This document shows, piece by piece, positions 28,096 through 37,299 of a stretch of DNA of 64,000 bases. Position numbers and translations under genes: made by a program. The DNA comes from Escherichia virus TH22. Where the stretch lies: sequence record MT446396.1. One strand, 5' to 3'. The number at the start of each line of letters is the position of its first letter. The first letter of the stretch is position 1. The notes beneath the pieces were generated by a model. It was given only the letters and a program-made list of their open reading frames with translations, ran no database searches and had not been told where the DNA came from.

Positions 28096-28349
28096 TGTGT
28101 CCTGCTATTGAATTACCTGAAGGTGTTGCGGTAATAGTATCTTACAAGTATGCTAATGGAATTCGCCGAGCTCATAAAATTAGTCACGGTTACTATTTAC
28201 AAAGGATTTTAAATTATTTCATTTCAATGGGATATGAATTCAGAATCTATCCTATGTGTACTAAAACCAAGTACACTAAAATCGATGCTTGGGAAGCTTG
28301 GGGGGAAGGTATGACATTAGACGAATTCCTGGACTACTTAAATGATTAA
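28092..28349 (+). CDS. hypothetical protein
   Basis: ATGA overlap with upstream gene. Confidence 0.4.
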   Translation: MMCPAIELPEGVAVIVSYKYANGIRRAHKISHGYYLQRILNYFISMGYEFRIYPMCTKTKYTKIDAWEAWGEGMTLDEFLDYLND

Positions 28350-28608
28350 AATTAAACTCTCTCATTATGAGAAAAACCTGGAAATGATTGCTATGAAAGA
28401 AGAACTCCTGAATGATGTACGTCTGGCAGGTTATGCTGTTTGTGTCAATGATGTTGGTGTCCTCCAGATTGAAGGTGACCACTTTATTATTGAATATGAA
28501 TTTCATCAGTATTGGTTGTATGCTAAAGATGAAGTAGGTGGGATTGATTATGTTGACCAGTTTGATAAGCTTGACGATGTTTTAGAAGCTGCTCAGATGG
28601 TGTACTGA
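28342..28608 (+). CDS. hypothetical protein
   Basis: Overlapping start/stop chain. Confidence 0.4.
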   Translation: MIKIKLSHYEKNLEMIAMKEELLNDVRLAGYAVCVNDVGVLQIEGDHFIIEYEFHQYWLYAKDEVGGIDYVDQFDKLDDVLEAAQMVY

Positions 28609-28874
28609 TGCACATCAATCATACAATGATATCCGTCCAGGACCTGGGAACGTTTTGGGTGGATGAATTTATGAAAATAACATTCTTCCCGCACGCAGAA
28701 GGGTACGGCTCTTGGGAGTCCCATATTAGTATGCTGAATGAAGGGCAATACCGCAACGAACATGACCGCCTGATGGAATTCATTAGCGATGCCGAGGTTA
28801 TCCCTTATATTGACATTCATGAATTTAAGGCAATTATGGAGAAGGTCTTTCAGGCTTACTGTTTACTTCGCTAA
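28608..28874 (+). CDS. hypothetical protein
   Basis: Overlapping start/stop chain. Confidence 0.4.
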   Translation: MHINHTMISVQDLGTFWVDEFMKITFFPHAEGYGSWESHISMLNEGQYRNEHDRLMEFISDAEVIPYIDIHEFKAIMEKVFQAYCLLR

Positions 28875-28922
28875 TGCTTTGTATTAAGGATGATATAATA
28901 TTCATATACTAAGCGAGGCGAT

Positions 28923-29480
28923 ATGAACGAAATTAAATTAACCAAGAATAACTATGTAAATAATAAAGAGCTTCTGAAAGCTATTTCGGAGTGGAAACAG
29001 AAGCTGAATGCGAACACCGACCCGAATAAAATTATTCGCCAGAACGACGTTATTGGTCTGGCAATTATGCTTATAGCCGAAGGTCTTAGCAAACGTTTCA
29101 ACTTCTCCGGATATACCCAATCCTGGAAGCAAGAAATGATTGCAGACGGAATTGAGGCCGCAATAAAAGGTCTTCACAACTTCGACGAAACAAAATACGA
29201 TAATCCACATGCTTACATAACAATGGCTTGCTTCAATGCTTTCGTTCAGCGTATCAAAAAAGAACGTAAAGAAATGGCAAAGAAATATAGCTACTTCGTC
29301 CATAACGTGTATGATTCACGTGATGACGATATGGTGGCTCTGGCTGATGAAACATTTATCCAGGACATCTATGACAAAATGACACAGTACGAATCCTCTT
29401 TAGTTAAAGCGCCAGGGTCTGATAAGAGCGCCAAAGATAAAGAAGGTGATTTGGATTTTTTATATGGAACATCAATTTGA
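28923..29480 (+). CDS. 55: late-transcription sigma factor gp55
   Basis: 185 aa; [12 protein letters not shown]...[36 protein letters not shown]...[16 protein letters not shown] near-identical to T4 gp55. Confidence 0.95.
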   Translation: MNEIKLTKNNYVNNKELLKAISEWKQKLNANTDPNKIIRQNDVIGLAIMLIAEGLSKRFNFSGYTQSWKQEMIADGIEAAIKGLHNFDETKYDNPHAYITMACFNAFVQRIKKERKEMAKKYSYFVHNVYDSRDDDMVALADETFIQDIYDKMTQYESSLVKAPGSDKSAKDKEGDLDFLYGTSI

Positions 29481-29697
29481 TATTACCGATTTTTTAGATA
29501 AAATCGAGGAAGACTTTACTGCGCTCCCATATTTCATTAAACTTTATCTGCGAGACATAAAAGGTCTTCCAATTGATATCGACCCTTTAAACGTCCGGAA
29601 TCTGGAATTTACTTCACCGGATAATAACGTTGATTACCGTTATCATGTAGATAATGCTAATCTATATTTTACAATTGAGTTAACTCCCAAGGATTAA
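29464..29697 (+). CDS. hypothetical protein
   Basis: ATG 29464 overlapping end of gene 55 (track ORF starts at GTG 29446). Confidence 0.4.
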   Translation: MEHQFDITDFLDKIEEDFTALPYFIKLYLRDIKGLPIDIDPLNVRNLEFTSPDNNVDYRYHVDNANLYFTIELTPKD

Positions 29698-29698
29698 T

Positions 29699-30010
29699 AT
29701 GCAAGCTCCAGATATTTCTCAACTGACCGATAAGCAGATTGAAGAAGCACAGGAACGTCTCGAAGAAGCGAACGCACTCGAAGCACAGAGTCAAGCGGCA
29801 AAGATTCTGAAAAAGAATGCTCGTGAAATTGCACGACTGAATAAGCATGCTCAAGGGGCAGTGCTGGAAAACAATTTTGAAGCATACAAATATGCTTTAG
29901 TTAAACTGCGTGGAATTTACCGCCAACCAGTTACGGAAGACCTGATTAAGTTGATGTGGGAAACTACTCGCAAACAAATTTGGGAAATCGTAAATGGCAT
30001 TAGTAAATAA
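29699..30010 (+). CDS. hypothetical protein
   Basis: Start immediately after upstream stop. Confidence 0.4.
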   Translation: MQAPDISQLTDKQIEEAQERLEEANALEAQSQAAKILKKNAREIARLNKHAQGAVLENNFEAYKYALVKLRGIYRQPVTEDLIKLMWETTRKQIWEIVNGISK

Positions 30011-30194
30011 ACCTTTTAAACGGCTTCTTGTTGGAGCCGCTTTCAGACTTCGCTCATATGGTAATATCTGTATCAAGCAGACTGAAACCGAATATAAAAT
30101 GGTTGGGCAGTATTCCGATGAAATTTTTCGGATTGAGCCTGTAGCCAAGGTTTGGGTGGATTCACATCAACTTAAGAAGTGGTGGCAACGATGA
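29994..30194 (+). CDS. hypothetical protein
   Basis: ORF overlapping upstream gene end. Confidence 0.3.
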   Translation: MALVNKPFKRLLVGAAFRLRSYGNICIKQTETEYKMVGQYSDEIFRIEPVAKVWVDSHQLKKWWQR

Positions 30195-30511
30195 TAACAT
30201 GGACTGCCGGTTAATGAATGACGAATACGAAAAAGTTTAAGAGGTGTATTATGACTATTGATGATGTAAATATTCTTACTTCCGACGAATTAAAACGATT
30301 GGGTAATATATTTCAAGACGAACATCCTGATTTTTAAGAGGTCATATGAATGACGAATTCGACGGATTTTGATAAGATTAAATCTGATAAAAATGAGATG
30401 ATACTTCAATTTGAAGCCGCTCGTATTAAAGCAGAAAATGAAGGTACTATTACCCATAAGAAAATCAAGTTCAAGTCTAATCGCGAACCTCTGTATGGTG
30501 TATTAATTGGA

Positions 30512-30540
30512 AAGGAAGCCTAGTGCTTCCTTTTTGCTTT
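30512..30540 (+). terminator. rho-independent terminator
   Basis: GGAAGC-CTAGT-GCTTCC then TTTTTGCTTT. Confidence 0.6.
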
Positions 30541-30719
30541 ATATTCGGGATGATAAAATGAACCAACTGAGGAGATTATATGGAATTATTTTTAGGATAT
30601 GTTGTGTTATTCATGGCATTCTACACATTCACACGAGCTTGTTGGATAGGATTCTTTTCTACTCCTGACGGGTTCATTTCAATAATTTTATTTTGCACTG
30701 CGATAACGGCGCTTGGCTT

Positions 30720-31739
30720 ATGAAAATTTTAAATTTAGGTGATTGGCACTTGGGTGTCAAAGCTGACGACCCATGGGCTCAAAACATTCAACGTGATGGT
30801 ATTTTACAGGCGATTGCATATTCCAAAGCAAATGGAATTAAAGTCTGGATTCAATATGGTGATATTTTTGACGTCCGTAAGGCTGTAACGCATAAGACAA
30901 TGGAATTCAGCCGCGAGATTATGGAACTCCTTCGTGAAGCAGGAATTACTATGCACACGATAGTCGGGAACCATGACATGAATCTGAAGAATAAGATTCA
31001 TCCTAATGCTATCACCGAACTCCTGAATAAGTATGACCATGTTAAAATCTACGACAAGCCAACGACTGTTGATTTTGACGGTTGTCAGATTGATATGATT
31101 CCATGGATGTGTGACGAGAACGCGACTGACATTCATCAACACATCAAAACTTCTGGTGCCGAATATTGCATCGGTCACTGGGAATTAACCGGGTTTTATT
31201 TCTATAAAGGATTGAAATCCCACGGGCTTGAGCCTGATTTCCTTAAGAAGTACAAGCAAGTTTGGTCTGGGCACTTCCATACCATTTCGGAAGCTGCGAA
31301 CGTTAAGTACATAGGAACGCCATGGACATTAACAGCAGGTGATGAGAATGACCCGCGCGGATTCTGGGAATTTGATACAGAAACCGAAGAGATGAAATTT
31401 ATTCCGAATGAAACCACTTGGCATCGGAAGATTTTCTATCCAAACGAAACTATTAACTACGACGACTTCAAAGACTTATCAGTCCGTGTTATTGTAGAAA
31501 AAGTCGATAAAGACCTGACCAAGTTCGAATCTGAATTAGAAAAGCGTGTACATGAATTGCGTGTTGTCAATAAGGTTGATAACAGTGTTGATACGACTGA
31601 CTCCGAAGAAGAGTTAGACATAAAACGCTTAACTGATATGATGGCAGAATATATTGATGCATTACCTGACACCAATGAGAAAGAATCAAAAGCTCTTAAA
31701 GCATTGGCCAACAAATTATATCTTGAGGTGCAACCGTGA
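30720..31739 (+). CDS. 47: recombination endonuclease subunit gp47 (Mre11-like)
   Basis: 339 aa; MKILNLGDWHLGVKADD and phosphoesterase motifs GDIFD, GNHD match T4 gp47. Confidence 0.95.
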   Translation: MKILNLGDWHLGVKADDPWAQNIQRDGILQAIAYSKANGIKVWIQYGDIFDVRKAVTHKTMEFSREIMELLREAGITMHTIVGNHDMNLKNKIHPNAITELLNKYDHVKIYDKPTTVDFDGCQIDMIPWMCDENATDIHQHIKTSGAEYCIGHWELTGFYFYKGLKSHGLEPDFLKKYKQVWSGHFHTISEAANVKYIGTPWTLTAGDENDPRGFWEFDTETEEMKFIPNETTWHRKIFYPNETINYDDFKDLSVRVIVEKVDKDLTKFESELEKRVHELRVVNKVDNSVDTTDSEEELDIKRLTDMMAEYIDALPDTNEKESKALKALANKLYLEVQP

Positions 31740-31999
31740 GACTTTATGATTTTAATGAAGCGGGGCTTGAACATATCCGCGAATGTGATGTGGTTGACGA
31801 CGATAATCAACCGAATACTATTAAGTATTGGTTTGAAGCTATCACTGACCGGGAAACCGGTCAACTTATCAAAGTCTATGTAGTCACCGATTGGGCCGTA
31901 GAATTTAGTTTTAATGTAATGGAAGATGATACTCCAGAGACATTAATTCATATGGCTGAATCATGCATCAAGGATGCTTATTACGATGAAGACTTTTGA
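31736..31999 (+). CDS. hypothetical protein
   Basis: ORF between genes 47 and 46. Confidence 0.45.
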   Translation: MRLYDFNEAGLEHIRECDVVDDDNQPNTIKYWFEAITDRETGQLIKVYVVTDWAVEFSFNVMEDDTPETLIHMAESCIKDAYYDEDF

Positions 32000-32192
32000 A
32001 TTTAATCTTGATGATGAATTTGTAGCAAATATTGATTATACCGAAGAAGATTCTAGATATGTCGGAATAATTTATATCACATCAAAAACGGCGCAGGGAG
32101 TGGTTTGCATGGCTGAATTTGATGAATGCTTTTTAGATTATGATGATATGATAGAATGGTCTAAAAGATACATTAAAAGGAATCTTTTGTGA
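31986..32192 (+). CDS. hypothetical protein
   Basis: ORF between genes 47 and 46; start may be 31974. Confidence 0.4.
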   Translation: MKTFEFNLDDEFVANIDYTEEDSRYVGIIYITSKTAQGVVCMAEFDECFLDYDDMIEWSKRYIKRNLL

Positions 32193-33871
32193 AGACTTTT
32201 AAGCTTAAGAAAGTTATCTATAAAAATATTATGTCGGTTGGTGCTCAACCGATTACTGTTGAACTGGATAAAGTCCAGAAAACTCTTGTAACTGGCAAGA
32301 ATGGCGCAGGTAAATCTACGTTCCTTGAAGCGGTTACCTTTGCTATGTTCGGTAAGCCTTTCCGTGATGTAAAGAAAGGTCAGCTGATTAACTCGAGCAA
32401 CAAAAAAGATATGCTCGTTGAATTGTGGATGGAATATGATGGAAAAGAATACTATATCAAACGCGGGCAAAAACCCAATGTTTTTGAAATCTCTTGTGGC
32501 GGTAAACGTCTTGATGAATCTGCCAGCAGTAAAGACTTCCAAGCGGAATTTGAACAGCTTATCGGAATGTCCTACGCAAGCTTCAAACAAATTGTCGTAC
32601 TCGGCACAGCTGGATATACCCCTTTTATGGGCCTATCCACTCCTGCAAGAAGAAAACTCGTCGAAGACCTGTTAGAGGTTTCTGTACTGGCCGATATGGA
32701 TAAGCTGAACAAATCTCTTATCCGCGAAGTCAATAGTCAAATCCAGGTAATGGATGTGCAGCATGATGGTATCGTTCAACAGATTAAAATCTATCAGGAC
32801 AACGAAGACCGTCAAAGAAAATTGTCAGGTGATAATCTGTTGCGGCTGCAAACGATGTATGATGAACTTGCTACAGAAGCACGTGGAATCAAGGCAACTA
32901 TCGAAGAAGCAACAACAAGACTGACCGAGATAATTTTGGGAGAAGACCCCGAGCACGAACTCACAAAGTTAAAGCAGGAATCATTCCTGATTAAATCGAA
33001 GATTGACGATTACCGAAAGGTTGTTGGTCTGTACGAGAAGGGCGGTTGTTGTCAGACTTGTGCCAGTCAGTTGCATCCAGGAGACCCTATTGTCGCCAGG
33101 ATTGAGTCAAAGATTGAAGAATGTAATGCATCAGCTGATAAGCATAAAGCTCGCCAGAATGCTGTTCAAGAGCAATTTGATGCGTATACCAAGGCAAGAC
33201 AAAACCAGCGTACAATAGCTCAAGACATTCAAACTAAGAAACAAACCTTAGTCCAGACTGTCGAAAAAGCTAAAAAGGTTAAAGCATTAATCGAGCAAGC
33301 TAAGTCAGAATTTATTGACCATGCAGCAGACATTAAAATGCTTCAAGACCAGCTTGATAAAATAGTCAAACAGAAATCCGACCTTGTGATGGAAAAATAT
33401 CAACGTGGTATCCTAACGGATATGCTGAAAGATTCTGGTATTAAGGGCGCGATTATTAAGAAATATATTCCTATCTTTAATAAGCAGATAAACGCTTATC
33501 TTAAAGTTATGGAAGCTGATTATAGCTTTACGTTAGATGAAGAGTTCAACGAAACGATTAAATCTCGTGGTCGTGAAGACTTTAGTTATGCATCATTTAG
33601 CCAGGGTGAAAAAGCTCGTATAGATATTGCATTGCTGTTTACATGGCGCGATATTGCTGCGAAAGTATCTGGTGTTAATATTAACACATTGATTCTGGAT
33701 GAAGTTTTTGACTCGGCCACTGACGTAGAGGGTGTTAAAGCAATTGCTACCATCCTGAACAAATTGGAAGACACCAACATCTTTATCATCAGCCACCGAG
33801 ACCATGACCCGGAAGCATACGGGCAACATCTCCAGATGAAAAAAGTTGGTCGATTCACTGTTATGGAATAA
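32189..33871 (+). CDS. 46: recombination endonuclease subunit gp46 (Rad50-like ATPase)
   Basis: 560 aa; Walker A GKNGAGKST, central coiled coil with CxxC hook (GGCCQTC), C-terminal signature and Walker B ILDEVFD. Confidence 0.95.
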   Translation: MKTFKLKKVIYKNIMSVGAQPITVELDKVQKTLVTGKNGAGKSTFLEAVTFAMFGKPFRDVKKGQLINSSNKKDMLVELWMEYDGKEYYIKRGQKPNVFEISCGGKRLDESASSKDFQAEFEQLIGMSYASFKQIVVLGTAGYTPFMGLSTPARRKLVEDLLEVSVLADMDKLNKSLIREVNSQIQVMDVQHDGIVQQIKIYQDNEDRQRKLSGDNLLRLQTMYDELATEARGIKATIEEATTRLTEIILGEDPEHELTKLKQESFLIKSKIDDYRKVVGLYEKGGCCQTCASQLHPGDPIVARIESKIEECNASADKHKARQNAVQEQFDAYTKARQNQRTIAQDIQTKKQTLVQTVEKAKKVKALIEQAKSEFIDHAADIKMLQDQLDKIVKQKSDLVMEKYQRGILTDMLKDSGIKGAIIKKYIPIFNKQINAYLKVMEADYSFTLDEEFNETIKSRGREDFSYASFSQGEKARIDIALLFTWRDIAAKVSGVNINTLILDEVFDSATDVEGVKAIATILNKLEDTNIFIISHRDHDPEAYGQHLQMKKVGRFTVME

Positions 33872-33905
33872 TGCTTTAAACAAGGATGTTATAATAGAGG
33901 CTATT

Positions 33906-34097
33906 ATGGCTGACTTCTTAACCGGGCAGCATTTACTGGCTGTCCCTGAAATTAAACGGTATGTGTTAGTTAATACCTTTTCGAAAGATGAACACCTTGT
34001 CACTGAACGTGACTTGCAAAACGCTTTCGGTGAAGAATATGTTAAAATAATCGCGAACAGACACAATGCCTGGTTCGCATATGAATACTTTGATTAA
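33906..34097 (+). CDS. hypothetical protein
   Basis: ATG 33906 with SD (track ORF starts at 33846). Confidence 0.4.
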   Translation: MADFLTGQHLLAVPEIKRYVLVNTFSKDEHLVTERDLQNAFGEEYVKIIANRHNAWFAYEYFD

Positions 34098-34121
34098 TTG
34101 ATAATGAATAGAGAGAATATT

Positions 34122-34529
34122 ATGAACAACGTAACTGCTAAAGATATCCAAGTTAAAACCATCCGCACCGACGCTAACCCACATAACCAAAACCGTGTGC
34201 GCAAATCCTGGGTTCTGGCCTGTGATGAAGCATCTGCTACCCGTCTGCAGTCTCTGCCGCAAGAAATTAAATTCATGCTGTACGGTGTGATTGATACTGA
34301 TGTATCTGATAAGTGGATTGAACTGATGCGTAATCACTACAACGATTCACTGGCTGCTGGTGCTAAACTGGTTATCGACCGTGACGGTTCCGAACGTCTT
34401 GAAGATGATTATTGTGTTAATTCTGACGACCATCTGGTGCAAGCTGGTTCTATTATTGCTGCGCAACTTCCAGAGTATATTGAATCTCTTCCGGAAGCTA
34501 TCCGCAAACAAATGGCAGTTGTTGCTTAA
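34122..34529 (+). CDS. RpbA-like protein
   Basis: ~135 aa ORF between genes 46 and 45, where T4 has rpbA; called by synteny and size only. Confidence 0.45.
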   Translation: MNNVTAKDIQVKTIRTDANPHNQNRVRKSWVLACDEASATRLQSLPQEIKFMLYGVIDTDVSDKWIELMRNHYNDSLAAGAKLVIDRDGSERLEDDYCVNSDDHLVQAGSIIAAQLPEYIESLPEAIRKQMAVVA

Positions 34530-34559
34530 TTAATTTTGATTTGAATAAAAGGTAATTAA

Positions 34560-35255
34560 ATGAAATTCTCTAAAGACACTATCACAGTTCTGAAAAACTT
34601 CACTTCCATTTACTCTGGCATTATGCTTAAGCCAGGTAATACCATCCTGACTCGTTCCGTAACTGGAGCGTCATACGGCGAAGCCGAAATCAATGATACA
34701 ATTGACTTTGAAGCTGCAATTTATGACTTGAACGGCTTCTTAAGTATTCTTAGCCTGGTAACTGACCAAGCTGAAGTATCTCTGGCTGAAGACGCATCAA
34801 ACATCATTATCAAAGACCAACGTTCAACGATTCACTGGCCTGCAGCAGACCCGAGCACTATCGTGTTCCCTGCTAAGAAGATTCCTTTCCCGGTAGCTAA
34901 GGTTATCTTCGACCTGAAAGGTAGTGACCTGCAGCAGCTTCTGCGTGTGGCTGGTGGTTTGTCTCTGGATACTTTTGCAATCACCAACAAAGACGGTAAG
35001 ATTGTTATCCATGGTTATAATCAGCTCGAAGATAAAGAGTTAGCGCGTCCATTGTATTCCCTGGTGTGCGGCGACTACGAAGGTGATGCAGCGTTTAAAT
35101 TTATCATTAACAAACTGAACATGAAAATGATTCCGGCCGATTACCGTGTTATGCTTTGGGCGAAAGATGATAAATTTGCTACGAAGTTTGAAGGCACACA
35201 AGCAAGCTATGTGATTGCAATGGAACAAGGCTCTAGCCACGAATTCCAAGATTAA
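34560..35255 (+). CDS. 45: sliding clamp gp45
   Basis: MKFSKDTITVLKNFTSIYSGIMLKPG...IHWPAADPSTIVFPAKKIPFPVA...KMIPADYRVMLWAKD aligns with T4 gp45. Confidence 0.95.
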   Translation: MKFSKDTITVLKNFTSIYSGIMLKPGNTILTRSVTGASYGEAEINDTIDFEAAIYDLNGFLSILSLVTDQAEVSLAEDASNIIIKDQRSTIHWPAADPSTIVFPAKKIPFPVAKVIFDLKGSDLQQLLRVAGGLSLDTFAITNKDGKIVIHGYNQLEDKELARPLYSLVCGDYEGDAAFKFIINKLNMKMIPADYRVMLWAKDDKFATKFEGTQASYVIAMEQGSSHEFQD

Positions 35256-35311
35256 TAAATGGGGCTTCGGCCCCATGGAGTACAAAGTAGAAACTAATAT
35301 GAGGAAAATAT

Positions 35312-36271
35312 ATGTTAACGGTTAATGACAAAGAATTCATGTGGGAACAAAAATACCGCCCAGGTACATTATCAGAGTGTATTCTTCCGGCTCATGATAA
35401 AGAAACATTAGAGGCGATTGTTAAAAAAGGTTTGATTCCCAACTTGATTCTGGTCAGTAGTTCCCCTGGTACTGGTAAGACAACAGTTGCGAAAGCTATG
35501 TGTGCGGATACAAATTCCGATATGCTGTTTGTTAACGGCTCCGATTGCCGAATTGACTTTGTGCGTAATGAATTGACTCGCTTTGCATCATCTAAATCAA
35601 TCGAAGGTCGCCGCAAGGTAATCGTTATCGATGAGTTCGACCGCGCGGGTCTGGCTGAATCACAACGACACCTTCGTAGCTTTATGGAAGCTTATTCGAG
35701 CAACTGTTCAATCATTATGACCGCGAACAATATCGATGGCATCATCACTCCGCTGCAGTCTCGTTGTCGCGTAATTAAGTTTGGTGAAGCAACTCCAGCT
35801 GACCAGACCACTATGATGAAAGAGATGATTCATCGTGCAGTCGCGATATGTAAAAACGAAGGCGTTGAAATCGAAGACCTGAAAGTTGTTGCTGCTCTGG
35901 TTAAGCATAATTTCCCGGACCTGCGTAAGACAATTAATGAGCTTGACCGTTACTCCGCAAAGGGTGTTATCGATTCTGGTATTCTAAGCATCGTGACAAA
36001 CAATCGCACACCAATTGATGATGTGATTGATGCCCTTAAAGACCGTAACTTTAAAGTTCTCCGTGGCCTGGCTCCTAAGCATGCAAATGATTATTCAAGC
36101 TTCATTGCAAAGCTGGCTGATGAAATGTATGGCAAACTGACTGGTGCAAGCATCATCCGTATGTATGAGATTGTGGGTGAGAATAATCAGTACCATGGCA
36201 TTGCAGCCAATACCGAAGTTCACTTGACTTATCTGTTTGCTCAACTGGCTGGGGAAATGAAATGGCTGTAA
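35312..36271 (+). CDS. 44: clamp loader large subunit gp44
   Basis: 319 aa; Walker A SSPGTGKTT and Walker B VIVIDEFD; strong match to T4 gp44. Confidence 0.95.
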   Translation: MLTVNDKEFMWEQKYRPGTLSECILPAHDKETLEAIVKKGLIPNLILVSSSPGTGKTTVAKAMCADTNSDMLFVNGSDCRIDFVRNELTRFASSKSIEGRRKVIVIDEFDRAGLAESQRHLRSFMEAYSSNCSIIMTANNIDGIITPLQSRCRVIKFGEATPADQTTMMKEMIHRAVAICKNEGVEIEDLKVVAALVKHNFPDLRKTINELDRYSAKGVIDSGILSIVTNNRTPIDDVIDALKDRNFKVLRGLAPKHANDYSSFIAKLADEMYGKLTGASIIRMYEIVGENNQYHGIAANTEVHLTYLFAQLAGEMKWL

Positions 36272-36840
36272 GTCTCTTTGATGATGACGTTCAATTAAAC
36301 GAACATGAGGTTGCGTGGAAATCACGCGACTTTAACAAAATTCAGGAATTGTCCGATTCATACAAAGAGAAAGCAGAAAATGAATTGTTCGCGATTCTTA
36401 ATGACATAACCGTTAGTAAAAAACCACGAAACCTGATTCAATCGGAAAACTACAATAAATTCTGGTTAGAAAACGCATTGAGCCAACATGTCGATTGCAT
36501 CATGCAGGTGAACGTGATGAACTTAATCGGTTCCGGGTTAACAGACCAACAGCATTATAATTATTTGCTGCATGCGGTTCCACAAGGCAAGCGTTATGGC
36601 AAATGGGCTAAGGCTGAGCCGGATGTAGTCAGCGTCCAGCTTGTGTTAAAGCTTTTAATGAAATATTATACAATTAATGCAGATGATGCTTTGATGTATA
36701 TGGAAACATTGAAAGTCAAAGGTAGTCTTAAAGATGTTTTGAAAAAGACAAAAGGTCTGGTGACGGATGAATTCTTAAAGACCGTTACCAGTAATGTGAA
36801 AGAACAAAAAGAAATTAAAAAACAAATATTGGAATGGTAA
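36262..36840 (+). CDS. 62: clamp loader small subunit gp62
   Basis: NEHEVAWKSRDF...KGLVTDEFLKTVTSNVKEQK resembles T4 gp62; overlaps gene 44 stop. Confidence 0.9.
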   Translation: MAVSLFDDDVQLNEHEVAWKSRDFNKIQELSDSYKEKAENELFAILNDITVSKKPRNLIQSENYNKFWLENALSQHVDCIMQVNVMNLIGSGLTDQQHYNYLLHAVPQGKRYGKWAKAEPDVVSVQLVLKLLMKYYTINADDALMYMETLKVKGSLKDVLKKTKGLVTDEFLKTVTSNVKEQKEIKKQILEW

Positions 36841-36841
36841 A

Positions 36842-37210
36842 ATGATTGAAATTACATTAAAGCAACCTGAAGACTTCCTGAAAGTTAAAGAAACTCTGAC
36901 CCGTATGGGCATCGCAAATAATAAAGACCGTGTACTTTACCAGAGCTGTCACATCCTCCAAAAGCAAGGCCGTTACTATATTGTTCACTTCAAAGAAATG
37001 CTGCGCATGGATGGCCGCCAGGTGGATATTGATGGTGAAGACTATCAGCGCCGTGATTCCATCGCTCAACTGCTCGAAGACTGGGGCTTAATCACTATCA
37101 AAGAAGAAGAGCATAATGAATTGTTTGCAGTAACAAACAACTTCCGTGTTATCTCCTTTAAACAAAAAGACGACTGGAAGCTCGTAGCCAAATACACAAT
37201 TGGCAATTAA
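36842..37210 (+). CDS. regA: translational repressor RegA
   Basis: 122 aa; MIEITLKQPEDFLKVKETLTRMGIANNKD...YIVHFKEMLRMDGRQV near-identical to T4 RegA. Confidence 0.95.
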   Translation: MIEITLKQPEDFLKVKETLTRMGIANNKDRVLYQSCHILQKQGRYYIVHFKEMLRMDGRQVDIDGEDYQRRDSIAQLLEDWGLITIKEEEHNELFAVTNNFRVISFKQKDDWKLVAKYTIGN

Positions 37211-37217
37211 TTTAAAG

Positions 37218-37239
37218 CAAAGGGACTTCGGTCCCTTTT
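37218..37239 (+). terminator. rho-independent terminator (UUCG tetraloop) between regA and gene 43
   Basis: AAGGGAC-TTCG-GTCCCTT then TTTG. Confidence 0.6.
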
Positions 37240-37299
37240 GTAGTATAATAACATCAAGTCATAAACAAAAGTCAATCACTCGACTATAAAGGAAACCAA

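Noticed and set aside
33593-34337. Minus-strand ORFs of 157 and 123 aa
   Set aside because: Overlap the end of gene 46 and the downstream + strand ORFs; no SD; inconsistent with the uniform + strand operon structure.
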